Shown piece after piece: positions 1 to 11,765 of a stretch of DNA of 64,000 bases. The stretch lies in contig ML996703.1 of assembly GCA_010356995.1 (NCBI GenBank), positions 372,001-436,000 on the forward strand. Direction: 5' to 3'. The position numbers were made by a program, and so were the translations under genes. The DNA comes from Trichodelitschia bisporula (lineage: Eukaryota). The notes below the pieces were generated by a model that worked only from the letters and a program-made list of their open reading frames with translations, had not been told where the DNA came from and ran no database searches. Within the stretch, counting starts at the first letter, position 1; the number at the start of each line of letters is the position of its first letter.

Positions 1-2
1 CC

Positions 3-1124
3 GGCCCTGTTTCTGCCTTCTTCCCGCCCGACAACAATGATATTGCAGACTCGCCTACCACACCCCCCGCTCTCAATGTTTCTAAGGCTGCTCAAGCTGG
101 TGCTGCAGCCCTGGTGACCGGTGCAGTGCTTGGCGCGGGCGCAGTGACAGCCCATGAATCCAAAACAGCACCAGACCAGGATACTTCTGCGAAACCCACC
201 GTCGCGGGCGATAAAGAGTTGCCGTTGCTGACGAAACGCTTCAGCTGGGAGCGCAGTCAATCGACCTTGCTGCAACAGCCTTCTAACGTCGTTTCGCCGC
301 TCGCGGGTCCGGACCATGGGCCTACGAATCCCGCGAGCCTGTCGATTGTTTCGCCAATAGCGACGCCTGTGTCCGCGATTGTCTCGTCGAGTGGAGGGAA
401 TACGGCGGCGCCGGGCATCACGGCTGGCGAGCGCGACATTGCGCTTGACGATCCGAAGTTGGGGACCGAGGGGTTGCACGTTATTAACGCGCAGCCGGGC
501 GACATCCCGAGTCCGGACGAGTACCGGGCGGAGGAGAAGATCGTCGTCGATTCTACGCCCGCGCCCTTCGCGCCCATCACACTCCCCTCAATTACATCAC
601 CAACCTCACAGGTCACTTCTCTAGGCATTGCCTCGCCGCTCACTCTCAAGGACTTCCCCCTCCCACCCACAACCGAAGTAAAGCCGAAACAATTCCGCGA
701 AATCATGTTGCTGAAGACGCCCGAGGAGCGCATCTCCGCCTTCCAAACCACGCAGAAACAATGGGCGGGCATGAATTCCGGGCTCGATAACTGGCTCTCG
801 CACACCGTGTCCGCACGGCCCGAGTTACGCGACCAGCTTCAAAGCGCGATGGACGTGCCGCAGCCCGACACGCCGGTGCGGCACAAAGCGACGGCCTCGA
901 TCTCGCGCGTCTTCACCAAGGCGCACAGTCCCAGCGCGTCGTCTGGGGCCGCGGGGCCGGAGCCCATGGCTGAGGCGGGCGAGAGACCGCTCAAGGGGAA
1001 GGATTTGCTTCACACGACGAAGTTGCTGGGGGGGAAGGGGGTTATTGGGGCTAAAGGCCTGTTTGCGAAGGGCAAGAAGCGGTTTGGGGGCGGGAGTGGG
1101 GGGGTCGAAAAGGTAGATGAGTGA
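3..1124 (+). CDS. 3' part of a low-complexity Ser/Pro/Thr-rich fungal hypothetical protein (5'-truncated by the window edge; may splice on to 1569)
   Basis: Frame is open from position 3 to TGA at 1122-1124. Contains an ordered-looking block (FREIMLLKTPEERISAFQTTQKQWAGMNSGLDNWL) and a basic Gly/Lys tail (KGKDLLHTTKLLGGKG...KGLFAKGKKRF). Confidence 0.75.
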   Translation, partial: GPVSAFFPPDNNDIADSPTTPPALNVSKAAQAGAAALVTGAVLGAGAVTAHESKTAPDQDTSAKPTVAGDKELPLLTKRFSWERSQSTLLQQPSNVVSPLAGPDHGPTNPASLSIVSPIATPVSAIVSSSGGNTAAPGITAGERDIALDDPKLGTEGLHVINAQPGDIPSPDEYRAEEKIVVDSTPAPFAPITLPSITSPTSQVTSLGIASPLTLKDFPLPPTTEVKPKQFREIMLLKTPEERISAFQTTQKQWAGMNSGLDNWLSHTVSARPELRDQLQSAMDVPQPDTPVRHKATASISRVFTKAHSPSASSGAAGPEPMAEAGERPLKGKDLLHTTKLLGGKGVIGAKGLFAKGKKRFGGGSGGVEKVDE

Positions 1125-1568
1125 TCCTTTCCTTGAATTCGTGCTTCCCCTCGTGTCTTTTTTCTTGCGCTGCGTCATGTTGTCTGCTTTACTTACGGCC
1201 GGTTTTTCTTGTGTGCTTGTAGGACGGGTGACCAAGCTCCTGGGAACGGGTTGGTGGCTGCAATGTAATGGATTCCATCAGCACTAGGCGGGCGTTTTGG
1301 GTCTTTTATGTGCTGGGGTCGACGACAACGAGACCACGAAAGGAGAGCTATGAACGAGTCGACGGATTCCCGCCTTTCATTTTGTCCTCAATCTTTCCTC
1401 GCATGTTTTTTTTCTCACCTTGGCGATTTGTACAATACTGAATTCCATTTCCCAATGCTCGGACCCGAACTGTGGTCCGTGATCGCCAATGTCCTCCTCG
1501 CCCTTCTTTCCTGCACATACTACCTATAACCTGAGGGACGCTTGCTCACTCCTTTTCCCGTTCCTTAG

Positions 1569-4500
1569 GCCCGCGAACTAGACTCCGACGACGAGAGCGG
1601 AGTACATCCCGAGTCCGACGCCGATCATGACGACAGTCACGTGCGCCCCCGTTCCTCGCCCGACCCGTCTGCCGGCACGCGCCGTGGGTATCCGTTTTCG
1701 CGTCCCCGCGGTCTCAGCGTTACGGACAGCGATGCGGACCACGATGTCGCGCCGCAGAAGCGTAAGAATCGTCCGCTGAGTTTTCCGGCTTTTGGGTTTG
1801 GGCGGAGGCATGAGGAAGACACGGGCGGGGAGGCGGATGGCGAGGGCGACGTGGATGTGGATCGTACTCCGCGGGCGAGTCGGGTTGAGGGAGAGTGGAA
1901 GGTCCCGGAGGAGGAGGACACGACGCACGCGCCCGGCGGGTGGGCGGCTGCGCAGCCGGGTATGCTACGAGACGTGCGGCTGAGGCATGAGCGGGTTGTG
2001 AGCATGCTTTCGCCGGATGAGCTGGGGATTGAAGATGGGGGCACGGTGAGCCCGATTGAGTCTGAGGCGGAGGTTAGTTCTGGGAGTGCGGGGGGGGGGC
2101 TTGGGTTGGGGAAGGGGATGGGAAAAGAGGTTGGAGAGGGGAGGAAGGCGAGTGTGGAGAGTTGGGAGGAGGATGGGGGAAAGGAGTTTGGATTGCTGAA
2201 GGAGCAGGGAAGGGAGGGGACGTGGGAGGTTGGGGGGGGGGGGTGGCTGTGCGGAGGGCGGATACGTGGGAGGAAAGTGTGGATGGCGTTTCGAGGGTGA
2301 ATACGCTTGGGGATGACGATGAGCCGGTGTCGAGGGTTCAGACACTGTCGGATGAGGAGCCTGTGTCTAGGGTTCAGACGCTGCCCGACAACCAAGAACC
2401 GGTCTCGAGGGTGAACACGCTGCCGGACGATGAGCCCGTCTCACGGGCTCAGACACTTCCCGGAAAATATCGACCTGGCTCCCTCGCTTTTCCCGATTAC
2501 GCCAATAGTGGCCCGAGGAAGACCATCCCGCCGCCCGCTGCCCCTCCAGCTCCGGCTTCAGCTCCGGTTCCGGTTCCGGTTCCGGCTCCGGCTATCGCGC
2601 CTCAACCCGCGCCTCAACCCGCGCCTCCTGTCGCCGAAGCGCCCACTTGTCCTCCCATCCCGCCGAAGAACCCGCCCATCCCACCGAAGGAACCCATCCA
2701 GCAGCAATCCATCTCAACCTACAACCCCGCAACAACCACTATTCCCCCACCTCCCCAAGAAGCCGACGACTCAGACTCCGACCACCTCTCCCTAACCTAC
2801 GACGACAGCCCCCCGCCTCGCATTCCCCACCTACACGTCCAACCCTCCGGCCCCTCCGCCCCCCTCTCAAGCACCCGGGCCCAAGGCGGCCTAGCCCCCT
2901 CCCTCTCCGCGGGCGCCAAATCCATCGCCTCCGTCTCCTCCATGGGCCCCGACCCCCCCCCCTCCGACGCCCCCTCCATCTCCCCCGTCCGCCCCGCCTT
3001 CCCAGACAGACCCATGTCCTGGGCGCAAGCCCCCCCAGGCACCACCGTTCCCGTAACCCAAGACGACATCGGCAACAACACCAGTCCCGCGCGTGAACGC
3101 CGCACCAAGCGACACTCCGGCGCCGCGAACCAAGACGTGCGGCGCAGCCGCGTGCTCACGCCCATGGGTCTAGGCGGAGGCGGGGGATTTTACACGCACC
3201 CGGGGCAACAGCTCGAGGAGCCGCGGAAGCAGACTGTGTACAGGCCGGTGCAGTTGTATGACCCGCCTATGCCGCTTACGCCGGCGCTTAATGGGGGTGG
3301 GAGTGGGGTTTTTGAGGACGGTTTCACGGGGGCGAGGCCGGGGAGTGTGAATGCCCCTCCTGCCGGGGGGCTCGAGCAGCGCCAGCAGGCCGCGGGGTAT
3401 CAACTCCCCGGGCCTGGGCCGCTGCCCGTCGATCCGCCGGCGGGGGGGAAGGTGAGGGGCTTGTTTGCTAAAGCGAAGGGTCTGCGGCCGGGGACGGCGG
3501 AGACGCCGGCGCAGCGACCGGGGAGCGCGGGGCAGGGCATCGCTGCGCCGCGCCCGCGCCACGCGCCCATACCTGGCCCCGGTGCGGCGGGTTACGGGAC
3601 CGGGACGCCAGATTCGGGGAAGAAGCGGCACTCCGGGCTGTTTGCGTCGTTTAAGCGCCCCCCGAGCACGGGGGCGGATAGTCACACCACGAGCACGAGC
3701 GCGCGCGCTGAGGCAAGTGAGAGCCCGACGCGGGCGCAGTTTCTGAGCGCGCCGGATGCGGCGGTGGGGGTTATACCACCGACTAGGCCTGACGCACTAC
3801 ACCCACCCCAGCCGCAGGCACAGCCCCCACAGAGCGCAGCGAGCAAGCTGCTCAAGCGCGAGGCAAAGCCGAGTCCGAAGAAGGAGAAAGTCGCCCCGCA
3901 GCGCGCGTCCACGACGGTGGGGCAGGAACCGAAAAAGAAGCGCTTCTCCGCGCTAGGGAGTCTTTTTGGAAGGAGCGGCACGACGGGGCATGCGCCGAAG
4001 AAGGCTGCCCCAGGAGGCCTGCCGCAGATAGGCCAAGGCCAGGCCACGGTCTTCCACCGCGTGCCGCCCAATCCCGATGCCTCTGCCTGGGAAGCGAATC
4101 AAGCGTACCTACGCTCTATCGGTGCATTACCCGCACTGGGCGCACTAGGTGGTCTACCGAACGCCTACGCCCCGCCGCACCAGCAGCAGTTCCAACCCCA
4201 GCAGCAATTCCCCCCCCACCCCGCCGCCCGCCCCCCCACCGCCTGGCACCACTCCCCCGGTGCCGTTGGCCTCGACGCCATCGCCGCACAAGCCCCGCGG
4301 CCCCCGCCCGACCAGCGCCGCGGCGCGCTACGCTCTGCGCTCGGACTCCGCCAGTCGAGTACCGGGTCCGGCGGGCCCCTGTCTCAGCAAGTCTCCGCCC
4401 CGTCACCGACCGGATCCATGCGGCATGCGAGTCTCGGCACGGAGAGCGCGGTATCCCCGCTGTCGAGTCGGCGGCCAAGTAGTCCGACGACTAGTCCCGT

Positions 4501-6226
4501 GAGTGCTGACCCCGGCGGGAGGCAGAGTAGTTTGAGTGTGGCGCGACCGGGGATGGGGGGGCGGATGGGCAGCATCGAGGGCGCCAGCCGAGCCCAACCA
4601 CCGGCCCCTGGCCCACGCCCGGCCCCAGGGCAGGGCAGACGTGTCTCAGGCACGCAGCACCAAGAGCGCCCCTGGGCCATATCCCTCCCCGAACCACCCG
4701 AAGACGCCGAAGTCACGGCGCGCGAAATCATGCACGCGGCGGCTGTGCGGCGGCCCGGCGCCAGCCCGACGAGTCCGACTGGAACCGGGATCCCGAGTCC
4801 GACCGCGCCGCCGAATAGTGCTGTGAGTCCGACGGGTCCCCCTGGTTCGGCGGTGCTGTCTGAGGCGAGGCAGAATCCGCTGCCGCAGAGTCCGGGGGCG
4901 GGGACGACACTGCCGATGGGGGGAATGCGTGGGCCGCCGGTCCCGGGACCCACCCCCGGGCAGCCGGCGGGCGCGGTGCCGCATCTCGTGCAGTATGGCG
5001 ACCAGATGTACTATGCGGCCCCGGTGGGGTATGGGCAGGCTCCTGCTGGGTATGCGCCTGCCCCGGCTGGATATGCGCAGGCGCCGGGGTATGCGCAGCA
5101 GGGCCCTCCACCGCAGCAGCGGCGCCAGCTGCCGCATCCTCAAGCTCCGATGGCTCAGTCGCAGGCCCCGATGCAGCATCCACAACAGCATCCGCAACAA
5201 CAGCAGCAACCACGCGAGCCCCCGCCGCAAACATATAACTCCGTGCCCATCCCGGCAGCTTACGCACCAACCCACTCACACTCCAACCCCGGCGCGCCGT
5301 CTGCGCCGCTGGTCAACCACGCTGTGCCAGCGCTCATTACGCCGCCGTTTCCCGTCCCGGCCACACACCAACCGCAACCACAGCTTCAACCTCACGCCCA
5401 GCGTCAACCACAACATCAACCTCAACCCCAACACCAACCCGCGCGGCAATCCACCCTCCACCAAGCAATCAACATCCCCCTCCCCCCCACCGGAACCTTC
5501 CCATCTTCCACCTCCACGGCCCCCCGCGGTCCAACCCGCAGCGCAACCAACCCCCTCCCACCACCCCCAGAGCGATACACCCCCCCTCCGGGCCCGCCCC
5601 CAAACCACGTCCGCCGCGCCGTCAGCCACGCCGTCGCTTCCCACGCAGCCGTCTCTCCCCACGCAACCGCCTCCCCCTCCCCCGCCCTCCCCTCCCCAAT
5701 GCCGAGCACACAACCCTCCCCCGCCCCATCAGGCCAACCCTCACCCCTCCCCGGCCCAGCGGCCTACGCCGCCCCTCCGCATACCCGGCATCCGAGCTAC
5801 CCGCCCCCCGTCGAAGCAGCGCAAATACCGCCGCTCCCACAACCAGCCCTGCCGCTGCTGCAGCCGCGGCCGAAGCACAGCCTCGCTGGGGCGAGGGAGG
5901 CGCTGGACGCGCGGGCGGGGGCGGGGGCAGGGATGAACGGGAATGGACCAAGCGGGCGTCCGCGCGACGGGAGCGATCCTAGGACCGAGGCGAGTTACTG
6001 GTCGTACGGGCCGGTGGGGCCGCAGGTGCCGCCCAAGGTGCCGTTTGGTGGCCACCCGCCCGGGACGACTGGTGGGGGAAGACCTGGTGGGGGAAGGCCG
6101 TCTGGCGAGGTGCATGAGTTGCCCGCGCATGGGCGGCATGCGAGTGGTGGGAGTGAGGAGGAGGTGGTTATGAAGGGGGCGAGTTATCCTGGGGATGAGT
6201 GGGTGCCGCGGTGGGATGCTGAGTAG
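1569..6226 (+). CDS. Large Pro/Gln/Ser-rich, probably disordered protein; two ORFs (1569-2300 and 2162-6226) joined across a G12 run
   Basis: A 1354-codon open frame ends in ...EEVVMKGASYPGDEWVPRWDAE. The upstream frame opens immediately after a splice acceptor (ccttttcccgttccttag, ending 1568). The frames swap at G12, 2232-2243. Confidence 0.7.
2282..2461 (+). repeat. Five degenerate coding tandem repeats (about 36-39 nt) encoding (E/D)(P/G)VSR(V/A)(Q/N)TL
   Basis: DGVSRVNTL / EPVSRVQTL / EPVSRVQTL / EPVSRVNTL / EPVSRAQTL in the 2162-6226 frame. Confidence 0.85.
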
Positions 6227-6681
6227 GCTTTTCTCTGTACTCTTTTGGCTTTTGGTTCCTGATGGGAAAAGAACTCAGTTTTTTGAGGGATTAGTTGACA
6301 TTTTTGTCGTGTCTTTCTTGGTGGATTCGTATTAGTTTCTTGTGAGCTTCTTCTGCGGTATGCCTTATTAATGTTCGTGGTTTGGGAGTGTTTGGCCGGT
6401 GATTTTGGGTGTGTGATACCAGGCTTGCTACCGAATCGGTAGAGTTCGTTACTTCAGTGGATATAGTTCATTTGTGCTTGGAAGTTCGATCTGTCGGGCT
6501 GGAAAAATCATTAAAGATTTCACAGCCTCATTTGACATACTTGCCCACTTTTCCCATATCTTCTCTCGCCCACGTACGTTCCATCTGAACCCCGCTACTC
6601 CGCACGACCAAAAAAAAATCCCACTCCCACAATACAACCTGCTGTGCATCTCCTCACCTCAGACAAGGAGGCAAAAAGATG

Positions 6682-6763
6682 TGACAAGAGTGGGATTCGA
6701 ACCCACGCGTGTTTCCACACTAGCACCTGAAGCTAGCGCCTTAGACCGCTCGGCCATCTTGCC
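6682..6763 (-). tRNA. tRNA-Leu(CAG), intronless
   Basis: Reverse complement GGCAAGATGGCCGAGCGGTCTAAGGCGCTAGCTTCAGGTGCTAG...GGTTCGAATCCCACTCTTGTCA folds as a cloverleaf. It has a long variable arm, anticodon CAG, discriminator A and a downstream T5 Pol III terminator (6673-6677). Confidence 0.96.
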
Positions 6764-6922
6764 TATTGACGAAAGATTGACGGTTTTTGGTAATCATACT
6801 CGGAGTCTTTTGGAGCGCTTCCCGCCTGAACCTCGATCGAATATACGGGGCACGACGCTCTTCAAGATTCACAATCCTCTCATTCAACTTCAACGCCCTT
6901 AAGTATTCGACTGAAATATCCC

Positions 6923-9621
6923 CTAAAGCCCATTCAAAACCGCCTGCACACCCACACTCCCCACATCCTCCCTCCGCTCCACAAACCTCCTCAACTCACC
7001 CACCTCCTCCACCCCCCCTCCCTTCATCAACCTCTCCCTCAGCGCCTCCGGCCCAATAACAAAAAGATTCGCAACCTCAACCAACACCTCCATGCCCCCC
7101 TCCTCTTCGAACCCCGTCCCCTGCAGACCCCACCCCCTCACCAGCTCCGCATACTTAGTCACATCCTTCGAGACAATCAGCCCGCCCGTCAGGGAGACGC
7201 TGAACCGGCGCAAATGTTCAAGAAGCAGCGCCCTCAAGCCCGTAGCTAGTTCCGCGGCCCAGGCAGTCAGATTCGGGCCGTCTATGGCGGCTCTGGCGGC
7301 CCCGTGCGCGCGGCCCAGAAACGTGTATATCGCAAGACAAGTCTGCGTCTGCAGCGCCTCAATCGCACCCGCCAGATCCTCATCCCGCGGCCTAAAATCC
7401 GTCCTCTTCTGCGCGGCCAGCAACCTCGCCGTCCACGCCAGCGCCGCATCCAGCGCTCGATGCAGAATGGTACTAATCTTGCCCTCCAGAGACGTGAGCG
7501 TTGTCTGCGCTGCTTTGTCGATGTCGCGACGGATGGTGAGATTGGGGGACGCGAGGGGCGCGAGCATGGTGCTTATCGAGGTTTGGAGGAGGTGCAGGAC
7601 CTGCACCGCCGTGCGGAGCGGGGGGAGGTATGAGAGATCTGGTTCAGTCTTTGCGGCTTCCTGGGCGCCGGCAAGGTCGGCCGCGGCGTCGAGCGCGGTG
7701 TCCAGATAAATATCGCCCATATGCGTGAGCAGCAGCGCGAGCAGCGCATGCACATCCTTCGGCGTCTCGATCCCGCCACTCAACTCCAGACTACGGCCTA
7801 CGCCCTCGGCGAGCCACTTCAACATACGTTTAGCGTTCGGGAGACTGAGGTGGCCGTCTTCCTCCGTGACTTCGATTTCGGTCTTTTCCTCCTTGGTGTC
7901 GGCGTCTTTGAGGCCGGCGATGCGGATGAGCATGGCTTTTTGAGAGGCCGGGAGGTCGGCGCTGTCGAGGCGGTCCATGTAGGCTTCGCGCGCGGAGGCC
8001 ATGAGTTGGGCGCCCCGTTGGCCGAGGCGATCGAAGTAGGTTGTGGGCATTTTTTTGCGCTTGGATTGCTGGGGGTGTTATGGGAGGGGGACGTACGTGG
8101 TATGTGGTGAACTTGAAGAGCAGCGATGAATAGAGCTCCTCGAGACTCTTCTTCTCGCGTTCAATATATGACGAGCCCATCAGATACGGCACGAAGAGGT
8201 CGTCAAGCTGCTGGTCCAGGGTAGATGTGATGAGTGATGACGCCGGCTCGGGGTGCTCCGTCAAGCCATGTGCCTTTAGATCGTCCACAAGCGTGCTGAT
8301 GCAGTTTCTCGACGACTGCAACGCCCGAAGAAACGCCAGAGACGAGATGGAGTCCGCCTTTTCGAGCACGCTCTCAAGCCGTTGCTGTATTGACTGCTGA
8401 AAGACGCGCTGCACGAAGCGGGCGAGAACCTCCTCATAAAATGGAAAAGCCCGCTTGATGATGAACGACTCCTCCTGCACCACGAGCTTGACTTCGTCGA
8501 TGAGAGCTTGCAACCCAGGCTCTACGCCAGGCGGTTCGGCGTCAGGATCTGCTATGCGCTCCCATCTGTTCCTGTCAGCTGGTTCGAACCCCAAAGGAAG
8601 TACCCACGTCTCGCTATCCCCCGCCACCTCCTCAGTTACAAGTTGACTTCGGTCAATGAAGAAGTTATGCTGATTGACAAACATCCCCATGACGCTCGCG
8701 CCCTCTCCAAAATCCCTCAACGCCGTAGCACACTCCTTCATGCCGTCAAAGTTCTGTTTCCGGTAATGGTCGTCAAACTGCTTCAGCAGATCCTTCTCCA
8801 ACGACTCGAGGAACTTCTCGATGGTTTCTCTCGCTCCTCGGCCTGTAGGAGCTCCGTTGCCATTCCGCGCCTCGCCGCCATATCCATTCGTACCCCGCGT
8901 CTCAGGCCCCAACCGGCCGCTGATGCGCAACAACTGCCGCGCAATCGCTGCACACTTGACCTTGCCATCCGAGCCCCCAAGCCTCCTCATATCCTCAAGC
9001 ACCGACAAACTGCCCTTCTCACTAACATCCAACCAGCACTGAATCAAAAACTTCGCATCCTGCGCCCTCTGCCTCTGTCTCTCCAACTCCTCCAACCGCT
9101 CACCAATCCGCAGCGCCAACGCTCCACCCCCATCCCCCCCCTTATCCTCGCCCCGACTATACTCCTCCACCGGCCCATTCAACGTACTATCCAACGCATT
9201 AAAGCTCTCAATCGCCTGATCCAACTTCGCGCCCAACTCCGCCGCATTCGAATTATGCTGCGCCTCCGCACGACGCACACTCGCACTCAACTCATTCTCA
9301 TTACTAGCAAGGTCTTCCGACAGCGAGCCGAGGTGCGAAAGCGCGGCTTCGAAGGTTCTAATCAGGGGCTTGGGGTCGAAGGCGGACGGAGCGGTTTGCG
9401 AGGGGAGGGAGCGGCGGGAGGCGGGGACGGCGCTGTCTGAGAGGGTTTCGACGAAGTCTTTGACTATGAAGTCGTTTCTCTGCTCGGTGTTAGTGGAGAA
9501 GAGTGGTGACGGGGGGGCGTACGGAGAAGGTGTCGAGGTTGAAGGTGGGGAGGTTGCGCGTCGCGGTCATGCGGCGCGTGGAGGCTGAGGCCAGCGACGC
9601 AGTGTCTGCGGACGCGGGCAT
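6923..9621 (-). CDS. SEC10: Exocyst complex component Sec10
   Basis: Spliced start MPASADTAS...TFNLDTFS|RNDFIVKDFVETLSD, then a helical body (IEKFLESLEKDLLKQFDDHY, FVQRVFQQSIQQRLE, GGLIVSKDVTKY). Inferred introns 9480-9522, 8566-8607 and 8069-8096 (or 8060-8096). Confidence 0.92.
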
Positions 9622-10222
9622 GCTGCTAGCGGATTGAGTTCATGGATGTGTAGATCGTGAGGCTCCGCGTGGATGTTGAGCGTGGGTCGGGATTGGTGGT
9701 GGGAGATGCAGTGGTATGCGGGGATTGCGGGGGCCGGAGGTGGAAGTTCGAGAAGCCAAACACGGACTCGGGCCCAGGAAGTTACAGCTCCCGTCCTGTG
9801 CAAAGGTCTCACGTAAGGGACAAGGCTGAGGCTCAAAGTCGAGATGATGATGTCTTCCTTTCAATTGCCATCGCTCTCTCGATGCCGGAATTCGTCCGTC
9901 GCTTTACGGAGGTACTTCGTATAGCACTAGTTCTTGATGCAGAGCCAGGGCTGGTACCTGGAACTCGGAACGTTGGAATGATGAAGCTCTTATGGTACTA
10001 TTCCCATATTGCTTAGCTGCTTACGTAGAAACAGTAGAACTAGAAGCGCTTCCGCGTCATCCCGGCGTCAATCCGCAGACATCAATATCATCTCATATCA
10101 TCAACTACATCCGTACAACATATTTCTCTTCTCCCCCATCCTTAGCATCGCGCTCGCCCGATTCCAAGCCCAAAAAAACGCCCCTGCTTGCTTGCCCCTT
10201 AGCCAACCAGCAGCGACCCACC

Positions 10223-11493
10223 ATGCCCACCCACGCCGACCAGCTCGCCCTCCGCACAAACACCAACCCCGATGGCACACCTCTCTCCGCCGCCGACCGC
10301 GAGACAATAATGGCCCGGTACCTTCCCCCACCCAGCAGTACGCCCTCCAGTCGCTCGTCCTCCAGCAGCCGGTCCAGGTCCAGCGACCTACACACGGGCG
10401 CCAGCATCAGCGGCAGCGGTGTCACCTCGCGCAAACCCGTCTCAACCGCCCCAACAACTACCACCACCACCACCACCACCACCACGAGCAATATGGCACG
10501 CCGCAAACCCGCCCCCCGAGCGCGGAAATCGACTCCCCTCCGCACGATGCTAAAATCCAACCTGCACCTCCTCATCTACACGCTCATCCACGCGATCTTC
10601 GGCCTCTACGTCCGGCTCCGGATGGCCTACCACGCGATCTACGACCGGCTGCTCGCGGTGCTGTACTACCACCACCGCACGCCCGATCTAATCCGCAACG
10701 ACGTGAAGGCGCTAAGCAGACTGCCGGAGCATTTGAGCGTAGTCCTGACGCTGCATGATAATGGCGATCGGGATGCGGCGCTTGAGGAATTGGTGAATGA
10801 TGTTGGAGAGCTGAGTGCTTGGTGTGCGAGTGCGGGGATTCCGTTGTTGAGTGTGTATGAGCGGACTGGTATGTTCTCCCCCTCAATTAGCGTCTGAAGC
10901 TCTGCTCTGAGCCTCTTATGCCTTCCAATGCCTCTCGTACCTTGCTAACTCCCGCAGGCATCCTAAAATCCTACATCCCCCAAACCCACACCGCCATAAC
11001 CCGCACCCTGCACGCCTACTTCAACCCGACCCCGCCCTCTCTTCCCCCAAGCCTAAGCATCCGTTCTCCCAGCCACCCCTCGTACAGCCCACCGCCCAGC
11101 CATCCCTCCTCCCCCTCCACACCCCCCATAGACGCCGACGTCCCAGCGCCCGAAGCACCGCACCTAAACCTCCTCCTCCTTAGCGCAACGGACGGCCGCA
11201 ACACCATCGTCGACCTCACCAAAACGCTCGCCGACATGTCGCAGCGCGGCAAGATCTCTCCCAGCGACATCGGGGCCGAGCTCGTAGACGCCGAGATCAG
11301 CGAGAGCGTGATGGGGGAGCCGGATTTGCTGGTTGTTTTCGGGCCGCGGGTGGTGTTGGAGGGGTATCCGCCGTGGCAGGTGCGGTTGACGGAGATATTT
11401 CATGTGCCGGATAATAGTGAGGGGGTTGGGTATCAAGTTTTTCTGCGTGCGTTGCATCGGTATGCGAAGGCGCAGATGCGGTTTGGGCGGTAA
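10223..11493 (+). CDS. NUS1: Dehydrodolichyl diphosphate synthase complex subunit Nus1 (cis-prenyltransferase family)
   Basis: Motifs LPEHLSVVL, AWCASAGIPLLSVYERTG and EPDLLVVFGP...GYPPWQVRLTEIF, with C-terminal RFGR (RxG motif). Intron 10869-10957 (GTATGT...CTAAC...CAG). An (ACC)n poly-Thr tract lies at about 10459-10483. Confidence 0.93.
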
Positions 11494-11765
11494 TTGGGGG
11501 GAGTGGATTGTCGGGGGAATTGAGGGGAGGTGAGGGGGTTGGATACCCGGTGGGGTTTTGGGCGGGTTGTTGTCTTCGATGTTCATATAAAGTTACGTAG
11601 AGATGGGTGGATGGTGCATTTATAGACGGCAAAAGTCGCTTGCTTCGAGCAGTCGGTTATATTTCAAAAGCATTCCCGGTTTTAACCACGCTCTATCAGC
11701 TACGTACAATCCATGAGAACTCGACACGTCTATCGTAAAGCCCATAAACCATAAACCAGAAGCGC

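Noticed and set aside
2430..6173. Numerous long antisense and alternate-frame ORFs overlapping real genes here and throughout the window
   Set aside because: These are expected shadows of high-GC coding sequence, with Arg/Pro/Gly-rich translations and no motifs.
6682..6763. tRNA with CAG anticodon as a sign of CUG codon reassignment
   Set aside because: The body is Leu-type with discriminator A and no G3:U70 pair, and conserved proteins here use CTG at Leu positions. The code is standard.
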